DNA of 64,000 nt from an uncultured Spirochaetota bacterium (GCA_963781885.1 CAWAHW010000002.1:960001-1024000); one strand, 5' to 3'. Counted from the first letter of the stretch, positions 19,227 to 28,112 are shown. Program-made: numbers and translations. The notes: generated by a model from the sequence alone, not told the origin.

Positions 19227-19865
19227 TCAGGCCCGGAGGAATGCCTTGAACTTCTCCGCGGCGCTTGCCGCGTCCGGCGAGTAGCCGTCGGCGCCGATCT
19301 CCTTGGCGTACTGGTCGGTGAGGGGAGCGCCGCCGACCATGATCTTCACCTTGCCGCGCAACCCTTCGCTTTCGAACTTCCCGATGACGTCCTTCATACC
19401 CGTCATTGTCGTCGTGAGGAGTGCCGACATGCCGACGGTCTTGGCGTCGGGGTTGTCCTTGAATCCCTGGACGAACTTGTCGCCCGAGACGTCGATGCCG
19501 AGATCGATCACCTCGATGCCCGCGCCTTGGGCCATCATCTTCACGAGGTTTTTGCCGATGTCGTGCAGGTCTCCCTTCACGGTGCCCAGCAGCATCTTCC
19601 CGATAGGCTTCACGCCGGCCTTCACGAGCTCGGGCTTGAGTATCTCCATGCTCTGATTCATGGCGCGCGCCGCAATGAGCACCTCGGGGATGTAGATTTC
19701 GTTGCATTTGAAGCGCTGTCCAACCTTGTCCATGCCGTCCAGCAGGCCCTTGTTGAGGATTTCGCCGGCAGGCTTCTTCTCCGCAAGAAGCGCAGAGGTG
19801 AGCTCCTTGGATTTCGGCGCATTCCCTTTCTGGATTGCTTCGGACAGTTCCTGGTAGGTGGCCAC
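19227..19865 (-). CDS. Corrinoid (cobalamin-binding) protein, MtbC/MetH cap plus B12-binding domain
   Basis: GTVKGDLHDIGKNLV (DxHxxG), MSALLTTTM and MVGGAP; AAGGAGG RBS. Start may be 19865, 19868 or 19871. Confidence 0.93.
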   Translation of the reverse strand: MATYQELSEAIQKGNAPKSKELTSALLAEKKPAGEILNKGLLDGMDKVGQRFKCNEIYIPEVLIAARAMNQSMEILKPELVKAGVKPIGKMLLGTVKGDLHDIGKNLVKMMAQGAGIEVIDLGIDVSGDKFVQGFKDNPDAKTVGMSALLTTTMTGMKDVIGKFESEGLRGKVKIMVGGAPLTDQYAKEIGADGYSPDAASAAEKFKAFLRA

Positions 19866-19893
19866 CATCATCCTCCTTGCGCGCGGCACCGGC

Positions 19894-19988
19894 CGCCGCG
19901 GTATGCTCCGCGGATTCTCTTTGGCGCCGCGGTATGCTCCGCGGATTCTCTTTGGCGCCGCGGTATGCTCCGCGGATTCTCTTTGGCG
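19894..19988. repeat. Perfect tandem repeat, 3 x 31 bp
   Basis: CGCCGCGGTATGCTCCGCGGATTCTCTTTGG at 19894, 19925 and 19956. Each unit has two CCGCGG palindromes that can pair as a hairpin. Confidence 0.95.
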
Positions 19989-20037
19989 ACACGGACGCTC
20001 CGTCGTGTGTATCAGGGCCCTCCGCATCCTTTTTTGA

Positions 20038-20066
20038 TTGCCACAAACGGCATTCCGTGCTACGCT
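20038..20066 (+). promoter_or_regulatory. Putative sigma70 promoter of the ferredoxin/oxidoreductase operon
   Basis: TTGCCA-17 nt-TACGCT with an extended TG. Confidence 0.5.
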
Positions 20067-20075
20067 TGCGTGCAT

Positions 20076-20104
20076 ATCATGATAGAGGAGCATCTCGGTG
20101 TCAA
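20076..20104 (-). promoter_or_regulatory. Putative sigma70 promoter of the corrinoid gene, with an overlapping palindrome
   Basis: Minus-strand TTGACA-17 nt-CATGAT; perfect palindrome TATCATGATA at 20075-20084. Confidence 0.5.
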
Positions 20105-20379
20105 GAGGAAGGCCTGAGCTCGACCGCGAGCGCTGCAAGGGTTGCACGCTCTGCGTCGGCGCATGTCCCGAGAAAATCCTAGCCATGTCGCGCGACCAGT
20201 TCAACCGGCAGGGCGTGCCGTTCGCCGTCTGCATCGACGAATCGCGCTGCACGGCGTGCTTGTCCTGCGCGATCATATGCCCGGATATGGCCATTCGCAT
20301 CTTCCGACTCACTCCCGCAGAGGCCGGGCCGAATGTCGCCAGGAGCGACGGGCCGAATGTCGCCAGGAGCGACGGGTAG
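20098..20379 (+). CDS. 2[4Fe-4S] ferredoxin (delta subunit of a 2-oxoacid:ferredoxin oxidoreductase)
   Basis: CKGCTLCVGACP and CTACLSCAIICP; GAGGAG RBS. Confidence 0.92.
   Translation: MSRGRPELDRERCKGCTLCVGACPEKILAMSRDQFNRQGVPFAVCIDESRCTACLSCAIICPDMAIRIFRLTPAEAGPNVARSDGPNVARSDG
20325..20376 (+). repeat. Tandem repeat, 2 x 24 bp (plus 4 nt), in the 3' end of the ferredoxin gene
   Basis: CGGGCCGAATGTCGCCAGGAGCGA twice, encoding GPNVARSD x2. Each unit has a GTCGC-CAGGA-GCGAC hairpin. Confidence 0.9.
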
Positions 20380-20383
20380 TCAC

Positions 20384-21436
20384 ATGGCAGTCACACTCAT
20401 GAAGGGCAACGAGGCAATCGGCGAGGCGGCCATCATCGCCGGATGCCGTCACTATTTCGGCTATCCCATCACGCCGCAGAATGAGCTTCCCGCCTACATG
20501 TCGCTGCGTCTCCCAAAGGTCGGGGGGACATTCCTCCAGGCGGAAAGTGAAGTGGCGGCCATCAACATGGTCCTGGGCGCCTCCGCGGCCGGCGCGCGCG
20601 TCATGACCTCCTCCTCCTCGCCCGGCGTGAGCCTGAAGATGGAAGGCATCTCCTATCTCTCGGGCGCCGAGCTGCCCGCGGTGGTCGTGAACATGATGCG
20701 CGGTGGACCGGGCCTGGGCAATATTGCCGGCGCACAGGGCGACTATTTCCAGGCGGTGAAGGGTGGGGGACACGGGGATTACCGCTGCATCGTCCTTGCG
20801 CCGAGCGGCGTGCAGGAGCTCGCGGATCTCACCGTGAAGGCATTCGACCTCGCGGACCAGCATCGGATGGTCGTGATCATTCTCGGCGACGGTTTCATCG
20901 GCCAGATGTCGGAGCCCATCACGCTGCCCGCGCCATCGGCGCGCGTATTCGACAAAAGCGGATGGATTCTTTCCGGGGCAACGGGCCGGGACCCGCACGT
21001 GATTGCCTCCATGCGGCTGAACCCTGACGACGCGCTGGCGCGTCTGAATGTCCGTCTCCAGGAGAAATACCGCCAGGTCGAAAAAGAAGAATGCCTGTGG
21101 GAGGAGTCGCACGCCGCCGACGCGGATTTCCTTCTTGTCAGTTTTGGATTGTCCGCGCGCATCTGCCGCTCTGCGGTGAGCGCGCTGCGGAAGGCGGGCA
21201 TCCGCGCGGGTCTTTTCCGCCCCATCACGTTGTGGCCCTTTCCCTCGGCGGAGCTTGTCCGCGCCGCGGCCGGCAAGAAGAAGATTCTCGTGGTCGAGAT
21301 GAATGCCGGCCAGATGGTGGAAGACGTGCGGCTGTCCGTGCTTTCATCGGTTCCCGTCGACTTCCTCGGCACGCTGGGCGGAATCACGCCGACGGTTGAG
21401 GGCATCGCGGAAAGGATCACGTCCTATGCCCGTTGA
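20384..21436 (+). CDS. vorB: 2-oxoacid:ferredoxin oxidoreductase alpha subunit (VorB-like)
   Basis: MKGNEAIGEAA, YFGYPITPQNE, QAESEVAA, MTSSSSPG, RGGPGLG and VVEMNAGQM. Confidence 0.88.
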   Translation: MAVTLMKGNEAIGEAAIIAGCRHYFGYPITPQNELPAYMSLRLPKVGGTFLQAESEVAAINMVLGASAAGARVMTSSSSPGVSLKMEGISYLSGAELPAVVVNMMRGGPGLGNIAGAQGDYFQAVKGGGHGDYRCIVLAPSGVQELADLTVKAFDLADQHRMVVIILGDGFIGQMSEPITLPAPSARVFDKSGWILSGATGRDPHVIASMRLNPDDALARLNVRLQEKYRQVEKEECLWEESHAADADFLLVSFGLSARICRSAVSALRKAGIRAGLFRPITLWPFPSAELVRAAAGKKKILVVEMNAGQMVEDVRLSVLSSVPVDFLGTLGGITPTVEGIAERITSYAR

Positions 21437-22181
21437 GACATTACAGGAAAAGCTCGTCTATGGACGGCCCGCGGTGCTCGCCGACGTGCCGAATCATTAC
21501 TGCCCCGGGTGCGGTCACGGCATCATCCACAAGCTCCTCGCGCAGTGCATCGATGAGCTGGGCATCCAGCAGAGGACGATCCTCGTCGCGCCTGTCGGAT
21601 GCTCGGTGCTCGCCTACAACTACATCAAGGTGGATGGCTGCGAGGCCGCACACGGCCGCGCCCCCGCCGTTGCTACTGGCATCAAGCGCGTGCACCCTGA
21701 CGCAACCGTCATCTCCTACCAGGGGGATGGGGACCTGCTTGCCATCGGAACCGCGGAGACCATCCACGCGGCAAATCGCGGGGAGAAGATCACGGTCGTC
21801 TTTGTGAACAACGCCATCTATGGCATGACGGGCGGGCAGATGGCGCCGACGACCCTCCAGGCCCAAAAGACCAAGACATCACCCTACGGCAGGAACCCCG
21901 CGGACGTCGGGTATCCCATCCGCGCCTGCGAGCTGATCAACACGCTGGATGCGCCCGTCTTCATCGAGCGCTGCGCGGTGAGCAGCGTGAAGGGCATCCT
22001 GAAGACGAAGCGCGCCATCATGAAAGGGCTGCGCAACCAGGTGGAAAAGAAGGGCTATTCCTTCATCGAGATCCTCTCCATGTGCCCCACGGGCTGGGGC
22101 ATGGAGCCGCGGGAAGCCGCGGCATGGGTGGATTCCGATATGACGCCGGTCTTCCCGCTCGGGAACCTCAGGGACCGGTAG
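21426..22181 (+). CDS. 2-oxoacid:ferredoxin oxidoreductase beta subunit (TPP-binding)
   Basis: HYCPGCGHG, HGRAPAVATG and YQGDGD...NNAIYGMTGGQ. Confidence 0.92.
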   Translation: MPVETLQEKLVYGRPAVLADVPNHYCPGCGHGIIHKLLAQCIDELGIQQRTILVAPVGCSVLAYNYIKVDGCEAAHGRAPAVATGIKRVHPDATVISYQGDGDLLAIGTAETIHAANRGEKITVVFVNNAIYGMTGGQMAPTTLQAQKTKTSPYGRNPADVGYPIRACELINTLDAPVFIERCAVSSVKGILKTKRAIMKGLRNQVEKKGYSFIEILSMCPTGWGMEPREAAAWVDSDMTPVFPLGNLRDR

Positions 22182-22190
22182 GGGGACGCC

Positions 22191-22727
22191 GTGTACGAAG
22201 GCCTTTTCTTTGCGGGATTCGGCGGCCAGGGCATCATCCTCGCGGGCAAGATCGTCTGCCTGGCGGCGATGGCGGAAGGAAAGCACGTCTCCCACATCCC
22301 CTCGTACGGCGCGGAGATGCGCGGGGGCACGGCGAACTGCTCCGTGGTGGTTTCCGACGATGAGATCGCCTCGCCGCTCGTTCCCAATCCGAGCGTCTGC
22401 ATCGTCATGAACAAGCCGTCACTCTTGAAATTCCAGTCGATGGTGCAGCCGGGGGGGCTCCTCCTCTGGAACGAATCGCTCATCGACCTTGCTCCCGCCC
22501 GGGCCGACATCGAGATCCTGGCGGTGAAGGCGAATGAGATCGCGGAGGCGGCCGGATCCTACCGGGCGGCGAACATGGTGATGCTCGGCGCGCTTCTGAA
22601 GCGGAAAAAGGATATCGCCTCGCTGGAGGCGGTGATCAACGTGCTCGGTGTGGCGGTGTCCGCGCGCCATCGCGAGCTGAACGACGTCAACAGAAAGGCG
22701 CTGACCGGGGGTTATGAAAGAGCGTAG
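22191..22727 (+). CDS. 2-oxoacid:ferredoxin oxidoreductase gamma subunit
   Basis: AGFGGQG, PSYGAEMRGGTANC and ANMVMLGA. Confidence 0.92.
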   Translation: MYEGLFFAGFGGQGIILAGKIVCLAAMAEGKHVSHIPSYGAEMRGGTANCSVVVSDDEIASPLVPNPSVCIVMNKPSLLKFQSMVQPGGLLLWNESLIDLAPARADIEILAVKANEIAEAAGSYRAANMVMLGALLKRKKDIASLEAVINVLGVAVSARHRELNDVNRKALTGGYERA

Positions 22728-23415
22728 AGAGGAATCGCGCTTCCGCTTTCTTTTCTGGCGCACCAACTTTGTCGGCATCGCCATGATTGTGAGCGGCGCA
22801 TTCTTTCTCCTGGTGAACTTCAAGCTCATTCCCGCGAGCGATTTCCTGCCGCCCCGGGTCCTCGGCATCCTCTTCATCATGGTGGGGCTCATCTTCCTTT
22901 TCTTCTCGGGGGCCGGCCGCTGGCTCACGTGGTTCGTGATCCCGGCAGGGGCCTTTCTCACCGTGGGCATCGTCACGCTCGTCTTCGGCTGGAACCGGTT
23001 CTTCAGCCTCGACTCGGCAAGCCTCTTCTCCCTGGGCTTCGGCCTGACATTCCTCATGCTCTTCTGGTATCGCCGCGGGCATTGGTGGGTCCTCATCCCG
23101 TCGGGCGTCTTCATCGGCGCCGCCGCGGGTCTGGAGATCGGCGCCCGGTTTCCCACCATCGGCTGGCATCCGGTGGCGCAGCTTTTCTGCGTGGGCATTT
23201 CCTTCCTCGTGATCTGGCTGTACTCCGTGCAGAAAAAGAGGATGCGGTGGAGCCTGCTCGTCGGGGCGGTCATCGTCTCCCTATCTTTTCTCTACCTCCT
23301 GGGCATCCTGCTCGCGCGGTGGAGCATCCTCTGGCCCATCGTGCTCCTGCTCGCCGGGCTCCTGATACCGCTCTGGATCGCGGTCGCCGACAGGCGCGCG
23401 CGGGGGGACCGATGA
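22714..23415 (+). CDS. Hypothetical multi-pass membrane protein
   Basis: About 8 hydrophobic segments with repeated W.VIP.G motifs. Confidence 0.75.
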   Translation: MKERREESRFRFLFWRTNFVGIAMIVSGAFFLLVNFKLIPASDFLPPRVLGILFIMVGLIFLFFSGAGRWLTWFVIPAGAFLTVGIVTLVFGWNRFFSLDSASLFSLGFGLTFLMLFWYRRGHWWVLIPSGVFIGAAAGLEIGARFPTIGWHPVAQLFCVGISFLVIWLYSVQKKRMRWSLLVGAVIVSLSFLYLLGILLARWSILWPIVLLLAGLLIPLWIAVADRRARGDR

Positions 23416-23765
23416 CGGGCAGGATCCGCGATGCGGTCGCGGCACGTCGGGGACGCTGGGAGGCGCTCTGCCTGCGGTGCGGCCGCTGCTGTTATGAGAA
23501 GGAATATCGGGGCAGGCGCATCGTCACCAACTACCGCAAGCCGTGCCCGCACCTGGATACCATCGATCATACATGCCGGGTGTATGAAGCGCGTTTCGAA
23601 ACCTGCGACCGCTGTCGGAAAATGACCATCGCGCATGCGCTTTTCGTGACGTGGCTGCCGGACTCCTGCGGCTACGTCCAGCACTACCGGCACCCCAGAA
23701 GGGCCCGCGTCCTCTCAGCACCCCCCGCGGGCTCGCGACCACTGCCTGAGCAAAGGGGGGTCTGA
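23412..23765 (+). CDS. CxxCxxCC cysteine-cluster protein (YkgJ/YcgN-like)
   Basis: WEALCLRCGRCCYEK, PC.HLD....CRVYE.RF..C..C and WLPDSCGY. Confidence 0.8.
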   Translation: MTGRIRDAVAARRGRWEALCLRCGRCCYEKEYRGRRIVTNYRKPCPHLDTIDHTCRVYEARFETCDRCRKMTIAHALFVTWLPDSCGYVQHYRHPRRARVLSAPPAGSRPLPEQRGV

Positions 23766-23766
23766 A

Positions 23767-25179
23767 ATGCCCAGCAATAACCCGCAACTCTCCTTCCTTG
23801 GCGCGGCCCGGAGCGTCACCGGCTCACGCTTCCTCCTGGACACGGGCGGTTCCCGCATCCTTGTTGACTGCGGCCTGAGCCAGGAGCGCGACATGCAGGA
23901 GAAGAACTGGGCGCCCTTCCCGGTGCCCGCGGACAGGATCGACACCGTCCTGCTCACGCACGCCCATCTGGATCATTGCGGCCTCCTGCCGCGCCTGGCG
24001 CGGGAGGGGTTTCGCGGCCGCATCTTTGCCACCGGTCCGACGGCGGAAATCGCGCACATCGTCATGATCGATTCCGCGCGGCTCCAGACGGAAGACGTGG
24101 AGAACAAGAAGCGCCGGCATGAAAAGGAAAAACGCCAGAGCGTCCGCCCGCCCGTGCCGCTGTACGAGGTGAAGGACGCGGAAGCCGCATCGGCCCTCTT
24201 CCAGACGGTGCGCTATGGTGAGACGATACGCCTCGGCGAAGCGGAGGCGGAGTTCTTTGAAGCCGGCCACATCCTCGGGTCCGCTTCCATCCGCGTGCGC
24301 ATGCGGGCAGGAGGTTCTTTTCGCACGGTGCTGTTTTCCGGAGACATCGGGCGCTGGGACCGGCCGATCATCAATGACCCCGCGCCCTGCGACAGCGCCG
24401 ACTACGTCCTCATGGAATCCACGTACGGAGACAGACTGCACGACGACGACACGCAGATCGCCGCGACGCTCCAGTCGATCGTCACCGACACCGTCGCCCG
24501 GGGCGGCAATATCGTCATCCCGAGCTTCGCCATCGAGCGCTCCCAGGACGTGCTGTATTACCTGAACGAGCTCCTGCGGACCGACGGGATCCCCCACCTC
24601 CTGGTCTTCTTGGACAGCCCCATGGCGAGCTCCGTCACCGAGGTGTTCAGGCACTGGCCCGACTATTTCGATGCGGACATGCTGAAGCTCATGCGCGACA
24701 ACCGCTCTCCGTTCGACCTGCCCGGGCTGGTCATGGCGCGCAGCGCGGAGGAGTCCAAGGCGATCAACAGGATCACCGGCAGCGCCATCATCATCGCGGG
24801 GGCGGGAATGTGCACGGGCGGCAGGATCAAGCACCACCTCGCGCGCAACATCTCGCGGCCGCAGAGCACGGTGCTTTTCGTCGGCTACCAGGCGGAAGGC
24901 ACCCTTGGCCGGCTCATCCTGGAGGGCGCCCCCGAGGTGCGCATACTCGGCGAGCGGCAGCCGGTCAGGGCGCAGATCAAGAGCATGCAGGGATTTTCCG
25001 GTCACGCGGATCGCGACGAGCTCCTGCGGTGGGCATCGTGCATGAAGCAGAAGCCGCGGAAGGCCTTCATCATCCACGGAGAAGCAAAGGTCGCCACGAC
25101 CTTCGCAAAGACGCTGGAAGACCGCATGGGGTGGAGCGCCGTCGTGCCGATGCCCGGCCAGACCGTGGAAATCGCCTGA
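23767..25179 (+). CDS. Metallo-beta-lactamase/beta-CASP RNase (YSH1-like)
   Basis: GAARSVTGS, THAHLDHCG, AGHILGS, FSGDIG, MESTYG, FSGHAD and IIHGE. Confidence 0.93.
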   Translation: MPSNNPQLSFLGAARSVTGSRFLLDTGGSRILVDCGLSQERDMQEKNWAPFPVPADRIDTVLLTHAHLDHCGLLPRLAREGFRGRIFATGPTAEIAHIVMIDSARLQTEDVENKKRRHEKEKRQSVRPPVPLYEVKDAEAASALFQTVRYGETIRLGEAEAEFFEAGHILGSASIRVRMRAGGSFRTVLFSGDIGRWDRPIINDPAPCDSADYVLMESTYGDRLHDDDTQIAATLQSIVTDTVARGGNIVIPSFAIERSQDVLYYLNELLRTDGIPHLLVFLDSPMASSVTEVFRHWPDYFDADMLKLMRDNRSPFDLPGLVMARSAEESKAINRITGSAIIIAGAGMCTGGRIKHHLARNISRPQSTVLFVGYQAEGTLGRLILEGAPEVRILGERQPVRAQIKSMQGFSGHADRDELLRWASCMKQKPRKAFIIHGEAKVATTFAKTLEDRMGWSAVVPMPGQTVEIA

Positions 25180-25203
25180 AATCTGACAGGGCAGCCGCGC
25201 CGC

Positions 25204-26862
25204 TCAGTACCGGAACGCACTCTCTCCGATAAACTCCCGCAAGATCGACGTCGCGGGCACCCAACGCGGGTGCAGGGGGGTGAAGTTTGAAAGGAAAGAA
25301 AGGAGCGTCCGCGCGTCCTGGTACTCGGCCGTGTCGGGCTTCACGGTGGCAAGAAGGGGTTCCGCGTACACCTTCAGCACCGCGAGCTCATAGTCGAGCG
25401 CGGAGTTGAAGGCGGAATCCGCTGAGTTCTGAAACGGGAAGATGTTCCTGTCCTCGCCACGCCGCACGGAGGGCCACATGGAAAGCGTCTGCAGCGCCGA
25501 GTGGCCCCGGAACTGGCTGTCCCGCACCATTCGGCGGATGAGCCGGTTGTCGGTCGTGGAAATCCGGTTGTGGTCGTCGAGATTGAGCTGCGTCAGAGCC
25601 GAGACGTAGATCTTGTGCTTTTTTTCGCGCGGCACGAGGGGGGTAAGCTCGTCATTCAGGCCGTGGATGCCTTCCAGGATGAGGATCGCACGATCGGGCA
25701 GCTTCAGCTTCCTTCCCGAGGGCTTGCGCGCGCCGGCGTGGAAATCGAAGACCGGCGTCTCCACTTCCTCATTGGAAAGAAGCCGCACGAGCGTATCGTT
25801 GAGAAGCTCCACGTCCAGCGCGTGGAGGGACTCGAAGTCCGGCTTTCCCTCCTCATCCAGCGGAGTGAGGGAATGGGGCTTGTAATAGTCATCGAGTGAG
25901 ATCGTGACGGGATTGCGGCCGACGACGCGGAGCTGGATCATGAGCTTCTTGGAGAACGTGGTCTTCCCCGAGGATGACGGCCCCGCGATGAGAACGACCT
26001 TCACCTGGTCGCGCCGGGCGTTGATGCGGTCCGCGATCTCCGCGATCTTCTTGTCCTGGAGGGCTTCGGCGATCTGCACGAACTCCTGGATACTGCCGTC
26101 CCTCACGAGCTCATCGAGCCTTCCGACGGATTCGACGCGCAGGATTTTTCCCCAGTTCTTGTATTCCCGGTAAATGGAGAAAAGAATGGGGTTCTCCACG
26201 AACGGCCCGATGCGCAGAGGGTCTTCTGATGCCGGGTAGCGGAGGAGAAAACCGGGCGCATACTCCATGAGGGCGAACTGTGCCAGGAGGCCCGTGGACG
26301 GAACGAGCGGCGCGTGGCTCAGGTCGAGGAAGCCCTCGCACGCGCTCACGGCCACGGCAGGATCATTGCGGTTTTTCAGGAGAAGGAGCGTGTCAGGCTG
26401 GTGATGCTTCTGGAAATAGGCGATGGCTTCCTGATAGGACAACGACAAGGCGCCAATGGGCAGGTTCTTCGTGACGAGGGCCCGCATCTCTGCTTCGATC
26501 TTTGCGAGGTCTCCCACCGAGACCGAGTCCAGGCCGTCGAAGTAGTAATAGTATCCCTGCCCGAGAGAATGCCCGACGATTAGTCGTCTTTTCGGGAATA
26601 TCCTTGTCGCCGCCATGGAGAGGAGAAAACACAAGGAGCGGCGGTAGATGGCCAGGCCCTGTCTGCTTCCCAGGTCTACAGGGGCGACGCTGCAGTTCAC
26701 CAGGAGTGGATGATGGAGGGAAACCACCTCGTTGTTGACCAGCGCGGCGACCGTCGGAAGCCCTTCAGCGGGGAAAGAGGGGTGGCGCGCGACCTCGCTC
26801 GCGGAGGTACCGGCCGGGAACTCCCGTGTTTCCCCGCCGGGAAAGGTGACGCGGACGTTCAT
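25204..26862 (-). CDS. Nucleoside/uridine kinase with a ThrRS-like N-terminal region
   Basis: YRRSL.F, GHSLGQG.Y, IAGPSSSGKTTF, ISLDDYY, LEGIHGLN, DNRLIRRMVRD; ATGA-coupled to the HD-GYP gene. Confidence 0.9.
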   Translation of the reverse strand: MNVRVTFPGGETREFPAGTSASEVARHPSFPAEGLPTVAALVNNEVVSLHHPLLVNCSVAPVDLGSRQGLAIYRRSLCFLLSMAATRIFPKRRLIVGHSLGQGYYYYFDGLDSVSVGDLAKIEAEMRALVTKNLPIGALSLSYQEAIAYFQKHHQPDTLLLLKNRNDPAVAVSACEGFLDLSHAPLVPSTGLLAQFALMEYAPGFLLRYPASEDPLRIGPFVENPILFSIYREYKNWGKILRVESVGRLDELVRDGSIQEFVQIAEALQDKKIAEIADRINARRDQVKVVLIAGPSSSGKTTFSKKLMIQLRVVGRNPVTISLDDYYKPHSLTPLDEEGKPDFESLHALDVELLNDTLVRLLSNEEVETPVFDFHAGARKPSGRKLKLPDRAILILEGIHGLNDELTPLVPREKKHKIYVSALTQLNLDDHNRISTTDNRLIRRMVRDSQFRGHSALQTLSMWPSVRRGEDRNIFPFQNSADSAFNSALDYELAVLKVYAEPLLATVKPDTAEYQDARTLLSFLSNFTPLHPRWVPATSILREFIGESAFRY

Positions 26863-28022
26863 CCCTGGCCCTTGACTTCTTTCGCTTCTTCCGGCGTGAG
26901 GACGCCCGTAATCGTCAGGCCCTCGGTGTCGGAGACCTGGATCTGGGGCGGATCGACGAGCCTTTTCCCATCGGGATCGAAGATGACCTTCACGATGGGG
27001 CAGCGCGGCTTTGTCGGATCGGTCTTCACGACAACGCCCTTGCTGTAGTTCGAAAGCTGGACCGCCGTGCCCACCGGGTAAACCGACAGGGTGTAGACGA
27101 GGGCCTTGAGGACCTTTTCGTCGTACTGCTTGCGGTTCTTTTGGGCGAGATCCCTGATGGTCGCGTGGCCGTCCAGGGAGCCGAGACGGAACGGCCGGCG
27201 GGAGACCATTGCGTCGTAGGCGCACACCACGCTGATAATGAGCGCATAGTCCGTGATCTTCGGCGCGGCGAGGCTTCGCGGGTAGCCGCTGCCGTCGATC
27301 CTTTCGTGATGCTCCAACGCCGCGAGGGCCACGTTCTCCGGCACGGAAAAGCCCTTGAGGATGCGGTAGCCCAGCAGCGTGTGCGCCATCATGGCCTTGC
27401 GCTCCTCCGGGCTCAGACTCTTCGACGAGCGCTGCAGCTCGGCCGGGAGCTTCATCATGCCGATCTCGTGGAGGATGCAGGCGTTGCCCAGCTCGATGAG
27501 CCGGTGCGGCGGGCTCTTGAGGTAGTCGCCGATGGCAAGAGCGAGAATGGTCGTGTTGACCGCGTGGGTGATCAGGTACCGCTCGCTCTCCGCGCTCGTG
27601 TCCAGGAAGCGCAGCAGGTAGTCCCTGTTGTCGTGGACCATCTGCATGGCCTTTTTCACCCAGTCGGTGACCTGGCCGAGACTCAGCACGTTCTCCGCCG
27701 AGTATTTCGCGAACAACCCGGTGATGAATGCCGTGAACTCGCCATGGAACTTCTGCGCCGCGGCGACTTGCTCGCCGTCGCGGATGTCTTCGTCGATGGT
27801 CTGCGTCGCCACCGCCGACGAGCTCGCTCCCGAAAGGTAGCCGGGGACGTCCTTTGCCCGTCCATCGGACAGGACCTGGAGGTAGCGCCATTTTTGGAGT
27901 CGCTTCACGAGCTCCGGCGTGATCGGCGAGTCAGGCGTGAGGAGTATATAGTTCTTGTCCAGGTACACCGGCTGATCGAAGTAGGTGTTGGGTACCAGGC
28001 CCGCGAGTGAAATGCCCTTCAT
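26859..28022 (-). CDS. HD-GYP domain protein (HD motif reads HE)
   Basis: HAVN, ILHEIGM, HHERIDGSGYP, YDAM...RPF and C-terminal VYPVG..V.LS. Confidence 0.88.
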   Translation of the reverse strand: MKGISLAGLVPNTYFDQPVYLDKNYILLTPDSPITPELVKRLQKWRYLQVLSDGRAKDVPGYLSGASSSAVATQTIDEDIRDGEQVAAAQKFHGEFTAFITGLFAKYSAENVLSLGQVTDWVKKAMQMVHDNRDYLLRFLDTSAESERYLITHAVNTTILALAIGDYLKSPPHRLIELGNACILHEIGMMKLPAELQRSSKSLSPEERKAMMAHTLLGYRILKGFSVPENVALAALEHHERIDGSGYPRSLAAPKITDYALIISVVCAYDAMVSRRPFRLGSLDGHATIRDLAQKNRKQYDEKVLKALVYTLSVYPVGTAVQLSNYSKGVVVKTDPTKPRCPIVKVIFDPDGKRLVDPPQIQVSDTEGLTITGVLTPEEAKEVKGQG

Positions 28023-28058
28023 ATCCTCCGACCTTTCAGGTCTTTCCGGGCCTCCCCT

Positions 28059-28087
28059 TTGACGGGGGGTTCGGTTTTCCCTACTAT
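28059..28087 (+). promoter_or_regulatory. Putative sigma70 promoter
   Basis: TTGACG-17 nt-TACTAT, 26 nt upstream of ATG 28113. Confidence 0.6.
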
Positions 28088-28112
28088 GTCACCCTTATTA
28101 TAGGAGAATCTC

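Noticed and set aside
19894-19988. 3x31-bp repeat as a mini CRISPR array
   Set aside because: The units are contiguous with no spacers, and no cas genes are in the window.
19114-20312. ORFs reading through the 31-bp repeats (19114-20046, extended 19227-20312)
   Set aside because: The repeat has no stop codon in any frame, so these are artefacts; the corrinoid RBS and start are at about 19865-19878.
25204-27891. 895-aa ORF as a giant kinase fusion
   Set aside because: The first ~340 codons are an off-frame overlap of the HD-GYP gene; the real start is ATG 26862 (ATGA coupling).
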